A stretch of DNA of 10,976 nt, taken from the NCBI GenBank assembly GCA_021399395.1, contig JAAFKJ010000195.1, forward strand, positions 1-10,976. The letters run 5' to 3'. The notes under the pieces were generated by a model. That model did no database searches and was not told where the DNA came from. It saw only the letters and a list, made by a program, of their open reading frames with translations. Positions 6,564 through 10,976 of this stretch are shown here, in pieces. The number at the start of each line of letters is the position of its first letter. Within the stretch, counting starts at the first letter, position 1. The position numbers and the translations under genes were made by a program. This DNA is from Candidatus Heimdallarchaeota archaeon (GTDB lineage: Archaea > Asgardarchaeota > Heimdallarchaeia > Heimdallarchaeales > Heimdallarchaeaceae).

Positions 6564-7679
6564 TTAAGGAGTTAGTTCATATTCTAATTGTTGCTTGATT
6601 GACGGAATTTCTAATAAATCATTAGTAGTGTCCATTGATTGTTTTTTGCTTTTGTTAGTCAATAGTGCATTAGCACAGTCAATACTTTCTGGAATTACTA
6701 TGCTTTCTTGAGGAACAGCAAGAAGTATTTCCAAAGAATCATCAAAGTCACTCATTTTTTTAACTTGAGCTACAACAACAAATGAATCCTGGTTCCAAAA
6801 TTGTCTGCTTATTTCAAACAAATCTCCACTGAATAAACCAGGGGGGTTAATTACAGCTATTCTAGGGTCTTTTCTTAATAACTCTTCAACATCTTCTGAT
6901 TCAATATTGTCTTTAAATAGAACAGTAAGCGAGTGTCCATGAAAATGCGACATTGGAACTGCAAAAGCTGTTGTTCCTATTTTCAAATTAGGGTATATTG
7001 TGTTTAAGTCATGTCCGTGATGGGAATTTGCCTCTGCTTTGAATGCATCAATGAAGCTTCCTTTTTTTGAACTTGGGTCTATGCTTCTTCTCACTAATGT
7101 GTTGTAAGCTCTGTCTATTTCAGGAATTTGTTTGCTTTGCAATAAAGAATATAGTGGTCTTCCCATTCCTGTTGTGTTGCAACTTACAACTCGTTGATTT
7201 AGAGATTCATTACTAACCTTGTCATAGCAAGGATTTGCTATAAAACTTGCTTCAGCAACTTCTGGTGATTCACCGCCTTGATAAATAACTTTAAGCGTTT
7301 TCAAGCCAATTTCCTCACGTTTTTGATTCAGGGTTTCATGTTCATACAATGATTTATTTTTAATCCCCATTTTGCCTGGAGTTGCATCAAAAATAAGATC
7401 TACTTTTAACAATAAATCAAGTAAATGTCCTGATGGATTATGCTTGCTAAAATCAGCTTTTTTACTTCTTAATCTAATGTACATATCATCAAGAGAATAT
7501 TTTTCCATGTTAACGTTCTTACTAACATAAAATGGATATTTAGAAATTAGATCTTTGAATCTGCCTCCTGTGGTTGTTTTTGCAAACCCAGCAACTTCAA
7601 AATCTTTGTGTTCATCCATTTCCTTAATTATTCGCCATCCAATAGCTCCTGTACCTACTATGCCAACTTTATATGTCAA
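6564..7679 (-). CDS. gap: Archaeal type II glyceraldehyde-3-phosphate dehydrogenase (NAD(P)+, phosphorylating)
   Basis: Rossmann VGTGAIG, DATPGKMG..NK..Y, IYQGGE, catalytic RVVSCNTTG, RRSIDP, SHHGHD and QESIVIPE motifs. TTG start with SD GAGGTG 8 nt upstream. Confidence 0.93.
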   Translation of the reverse strand: MTYKVGIVGTGAIGWRIIKEMDEHKDFEVAGFAKTTTGGRFKDLISKYPFYVSKNVNMEKYSLDDMYIRLRSKKADFSKHNPSGHLLDLLLKVDLIFDATPGKMGIKNKSLYEHETLNQKREEIGLKTLKVIYQGGESPEVAEASFIANPCYDKVSNESLNQRVVSCNTTGMGRPLYSLLQSKQIPEIDRAYNTLVRRSIDPSSKKGSFIDAFKAEANSHHGHDLNTIYPNLKIGTTAFAVPMSHFHGHSLTVLFKDNIESEDVEELLRKDPRIAVINPPGLFSGDLFEISRQFWNQDSFVVVAQVKKMSDFDDSLEILLAVPQESIVIPESIDCANALLTNKSKKQSMDTTNDLLEIPSIKQQLEYELTP

Positions 7680-7687
7680 GAATATAA

Positions 7688-7730
7688 CACCTCTATACTA
7701 ACCGCCGATTTTTATTAGAGGTGCTTTAAA
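7688..7730 (-). promoter_or_regulatory. gap 5' region: TATA (7725-7730), 8-bp inverted repeat and SD
   Basis: CACCTCTA (7688-7695) and TAGAGGTG (7716-7723) are separated by 20 nt. One arm is the gap SD. TTTAAA lies immediately upstream of the other arm. Confidence 0.55.
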
Positions 7731-7913
7731 TATTTTATCCTATCACGTTGTTTCATCATAGTTTTGTTTAGTGGATAACTCGTTTCAACCCATGAACACT
7801 TCTCAAAATAGAAATGTTTGTGACTAATTGAAATTGATATGAAAGTTGACTCATTTTACCATTGAGAAATCACTAACAAATTAATAAGCTGTTTTCACCC
7901 TTTTCAATAGACA

Positions 7914-9608
7914 ATGAGAGAACATTCGATTACCTTCTTCATAATTAACACTCTTCTAGTCTTATCGATGGTAGTTAATTCTCCACTTAAACAGTCAGAA
8001 TCAGCTTATACCAATACTCCAACTCATGTTAAGGCAAATGTCTCAACTGATTTCTCTGATGTAAAATTGAATGCTGATACTGTAAATCTTACAATTCTAC
8101 ATATTAATGATTGGCATGGATGGCTTGAACCTCATGATGGTTTTGGTGGTGCTGCAACTTACATGGGTTATTTCAAGCAAGAAGGTTATTCCTCAGACAA
8201 TGATTCCTTTCTTCTCTTATCGGGTGGAGATCAAAACACAGGTGGTGCCGTAGCTACATTAACCAAAGGTGAAGCTATGATTGATGTCATGAATACAATG
8301 AATTTTTCTGCTGCAGCAATAGGAAATCATGAATTTGATGATGGTATTGATTGGATGAATTACAGACAAAATATGGCGGACTTTCCTATACTTTCGTGCA
8401 ACATTTATGATGAGGGCACTTTTAATTTAGCTGATTTTGCAATTCCATGGGTAATTCAGGAACATGCAGGTGTACAAGTAGGGATCGTTGGTCTGACTGT
8501 AATTACTAGTTTTCCTCAATATGATTTTGGCGATTATGAAGAAGCTCTTAGAAATAATATTCCTGATATGAGAGCAGCTGGGGCTGAAATAATTGTTGCT
8601 TTAACTCACGTAGAACCTGATCCACTTATTAGTTTAGCAGCTAATGTAACTGATCTTAACATTGATGTTTTTCTCGGTGGTCATGCAGGAACTCCTCTAG
8701 TAACAAAAGTTGGTGATTCTATAATAGCTATGGCTGGACATTATGCTAGCCAGTATGCTAGAATAGATTTGGAAGTAAACCTTACCTCCATGCCTTCTAG
8801 TGTAATCAATAGCAGTGGTTTTTTAGTGGATAATATAGAGGGTGGAGTTACTCCTGATGCTGAGGTACAACAAGTAGTAGATTATTGGGTTACCCTTACT
8901 GGTACAGATGAAGTAATATCATATTCTTCAACAAATTTGTATGATACTACTCCTGAGAGTGCTATAGGTAATCTAGTAGCAGATGGAATGATGAATTATT
9001 ATGGTTGGACTCATGATTTTGCTGTTACTAATAGAGGTGTAGGTATACGCGACTATTTCCGAGCTGGAAATATTACACTTGGAGATGTGGTTTCTGTGTA
9101 TCCACTTGATCATATTATGTTGGAACTTTCCATGACTGGGGCAGAATTGATAGATTTGATTATAAGTGCTCATGGTATTATTGCTTTTTCAGGAATCAGA
9201 TATAACTTTAGTAATGATCCAAGTTTTCATATAACTTCAGTGATGGCTCTTACAATTGGTGGATATGAAAACATTGTTCTTGCTAATGTTTATACTGGTC
9301 TAATGGTTGATTGGCTTTGGAGGTTGTTTTACAAAGACATTATTCCAGCTACAGTTACAGGAATCATGTGTCGCGATGCAACGATTGATTATTTTCGAAA
9401 TATAAGTGATATAAGTCTGGTAGCTTATGATGGTAGAATTCAAGAAGTAGATGATACATTTGTACCTGAGTTTTCTAGAACTCACCTGCTATTCTTAACT
9501 TTGTCTTCTTCGTTTATGTTGGTGATTTTCTTCTTCCTTAGAGGAATGAGAATTTACAGCAAGTATCAAATAAAAAGAAGAAGTAGAGCATACTATGACA
9601 GAAGATAA
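7914..9608 (+). CDS. Secreted, membrane-anchored 5'-nucleotidase-family metallophosphoesterase (UshA-like)
   Basis: Motifs ILHINDWHG, LSGGD, GNHEFD, LTH and GGH. C-terminal 5'-nucleotidase domain (ESAIGNLVAD, N...GIR, G.ITLGDV.SVYP, MTGAEL). N-terminal signal. C-terminal VPEF + TM + basic tail. TTAATAAG at 7881-7888 is a candidate TATA. Confidence 0.9.
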   Translation: MREHSITFFIINTLLVLSMVVNSPLKQSESAYTNTPTHVKANVSTDFSDVKLNADTVNLTILHINDWHGWLEPHDGFGGAATYMGYFKQEGYSSDNDSFLLLSGGDQNTGGAVATLTKGEAMIDVMNTMNFSAAAIGNHEFDDGIDWMNYRQNMADFPILSCNIYDEGTFNLADFAIPWVIQEHAGVQVGIVGLTVITSFPQYDFGDYEEALRNNIPDMRAAGAEIIVALTHVEPDPLISLAANVTDLNIDVFLGGHAGTPLVTKVGDSIIAMAGHYASQYARIDLEVNLTSMPSSVINSSGFLVDNIEGGVTPDAEVQQVVDYWVTLTGTDEVISYSSTNLYDTTPESAIGNLVADGMMNYYGWTHDFAVTNRGVGIRDYFRAGNITLGDVVSVYPLDHIMLELSMTGAELIDLIISAHGIIAFSGIRYNFSNDPSFHITSVMALTIGGYENIVLANVYTGLMVDWLWRLFYKDIIPATVTGIMCRDATIDYFRNISDISLVAYDGRIQEVDDTFVPEFSRTHLLFLTLSSSFMLVIFFFLRGMRIYSKYQIKRRSRAYYDRR

Positions 9609-9692
9609 GAAACATGTTATTGAATTAACAAAGAAGAGGAAATAAGAATATACCTTAAAAATACTTAAGCTAAAATCAATTATGTTGTATCG

Positions 9693-10769
9693 CTAATTTT
9701 TCTCCTCTTCTAAGAAGAAAGCATTATTGGTAGTCTTTTGAACATGGTAGAAATAACGTCTTTCAAGCTTCTTATCAATTCTCTGAATCTGGTCCTTACT
9801 TTGTACAATTCTCTGCTGACAAAGGTCATGGTTCCCTTCTTCCTTGAACTTCACTTCTAATTCTTGAGCTGTAGTAAGTTCTCGAACCAATACACCACGT
9901 CCATTTTTTGTAAAATCAATAGTGTCAAATTGCAGTCCATTTTCTACTAAAGCTAGACCAACTTTAGTTTTTTCAGGATTTATTTTCTCGAGTGATTCTT
10001 TAGGTTTTCTTCCTTGAGCATAAAAAATACCAATTTGTCCATCAGGTTTAAGAATCTCTTTCATTTTTTGTAGAACTCTGTTAAAATCTTTAACATAATA
10101 CAAAGAATCAATAGCAATTATTGCGTCGAATTTTTCTTTAAAGAATTCCATTTTATTTAGATCTCCCACTTGGAACGATAACTCTCCCCGATTTGTTTTA
10201 GTATTTTTTTGAGCCCATTCAACCACTTTTGAAGCGTTATCTATCCCTATTAAAGATACGCCAGTTTTTTCTGCTATGTACTCAGTAATCTTTCCTAAAC
10301 CACAACCGATATCTAAAACTAACTGATTGGGTTGTAAGTTCATCATATCAAGCATTGTATCCAATTGTTCCATATCAAGAACATTATATTGGCACAGGTT
10401 CTTACCAAAAACCTTTTCACAGAAGATAGCATGTGTTTCACTTTCAGCACTTCTTAGTAAAAAATCATTATAAAAATCAACAAGCCACTGATTCCTAACA
10501 TCAAAACCTATTGCTTTTCCTTCTTCAGTAAGTTCATAGAAATTATCCTTTAGTTTCAGAAGACCTTTAGATACTAAGGAATTTAAACTCGATTCATACT
10601 CTTCTTCAAAATCTTTCAAACGTTTGTTTCCAAATTTCATTATTCCCTCACTAGAAGGTTTAATTCTCAGTTGCTCATTGATAATAAACTCATCAGTTTC
10701 TGCATCTAAAGGATATTCAACTAAACTCCCTACAACTCCTAGAATTGCTTTTTCTATACCATTACACAT
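9693..10769 (-). CDS. Class I SAM-dependent methyltransferase with N-terminal winged-helix-like domain
   Basis: Motif I VLDIGCGLG, GIDNA, GDLN, FDAIIAIDSLY and LKPDGQI. The N-terminal SLNSLVSKGLLKLKDNFYELTEEG is a typical wHTH helix+wing. Confidence 0.85.
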   Translation of the reverse strand: MCNGIEKAILGVVGSLVEYPLDAETDEFIINEQLRIKPSSEGIMKFGNKRLKDFEEEYESSLNSLVSKGLLKLKDNFYELTEEGKAIGFDVRNQWLVDFYNDFLLRSAESETHAIFCEKVFGKNLCQYNVLDMEQLDTMLDMMNLQPNQLVLDIGCGLGKITEYIAEKTGVSLIGIDNASKVVEWAQKNTKTNRGELSFQVGDLNKMEFFKEKFDAIIAIDSLYYVKDFNRVLQKMKEILKPDGQIGIFYAQGRKPKESLEKINPEKTKVGLALVENGLQFDTIDFTKNGRGVLVRELTTAQELEVKFKEEGNHDLCQQRIVQSKDQIQRIDKKLERRYFYHVQKTTNNAFFLEEEKN

Positions 10770-10790
10770 ATGTTTTGAGCTTGCTGAAAT

Positions 10791-10798
10791 ATATATAA
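10791..10798 (-). promoter_or_regulatory. TATA box of the methyltransferase gene (probably leaderless)
   Basis: Minus strand TTATATAT, 22-29 nt upstream of ATG 10769, with purine-rich sequence upstream; no SD. Confidence 0.55.
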
Positions 10799-10976
10799 GA
10801 ATTCTTCATTCTTTGCTTTTTATTGAAAAACACACTTATAAGAATTTATCACAAAAATAATTATTTGGTTTATGATTTGGTATCCTTGCATTAAGGTCTC
10901 CTTTTTGGAGCTTCCAATCTCTATGAAAACAACTTCTTATTTGAAATCTATTGAATTTTTAAGAACTAAGAGGAAA

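Noticed and set aside
7741-7757. TATCAC upstream of gap as a Thermococcales glycolytic motif (TATCAC-N5-GTGATA)
   Set aside because: The second half-site is absent.
8973-9485. Minus-strand ORFs 8973-9173 and 9300-9485
   Set aside because: Antisense shadows within the nucleotidase gene.
10624-10860. + strand 78-aa ORF
   Set aside because: Antisense to the methyltransferase 5' end and its promoter.
10923-10976. Possible gene start MKTTSYLKSIEFLRTKRK at the right edge
   Set aside because: Only 18 codons are visible and there is no supporting signal.

Overview
AT-rich archaeal chromosomal window. It is probably from an Asgard (Heimdallarchaeia-like) lineage, inferred from the archaeal type II GAPDH, BRE/TATA promoters, oligo-T terminators and the style of the Ig-like surface proteins. 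It encodes three secreted, C-terminally membrane-anchored proteins: an FN3/Ig-repeat protein, a 7-repeat acidic beta-propeller+FN3 protein and a 5'-nucleotidase-family metallophosphoesterase. It also encodes a DUF169-like protein, a small ORF + nucleotidyltransferase pair (TA-like, with the first catalytic Asp replaced by Ala), a type II GAPDH, a wHTH-SAM methyltransferase fusion and the 5' part of a USP-like gene that the ORF track missed. The intergenic spaces hold gene remnants: the 3' end of an aldo/keto reductase and the 5' end of a PLP aminotransferase carrying a nonsense codon. Several promoter-associated palindromes are present. No rRNA, tRNA, CRISPR array, transposase or integrase was seen. 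No new system is proven. The best leads are a PEF-CTERM-like sorting motif shared by two surface proteins, the NTase pair, and a pattern of surface-protein genes abutting truncated gene remnants.
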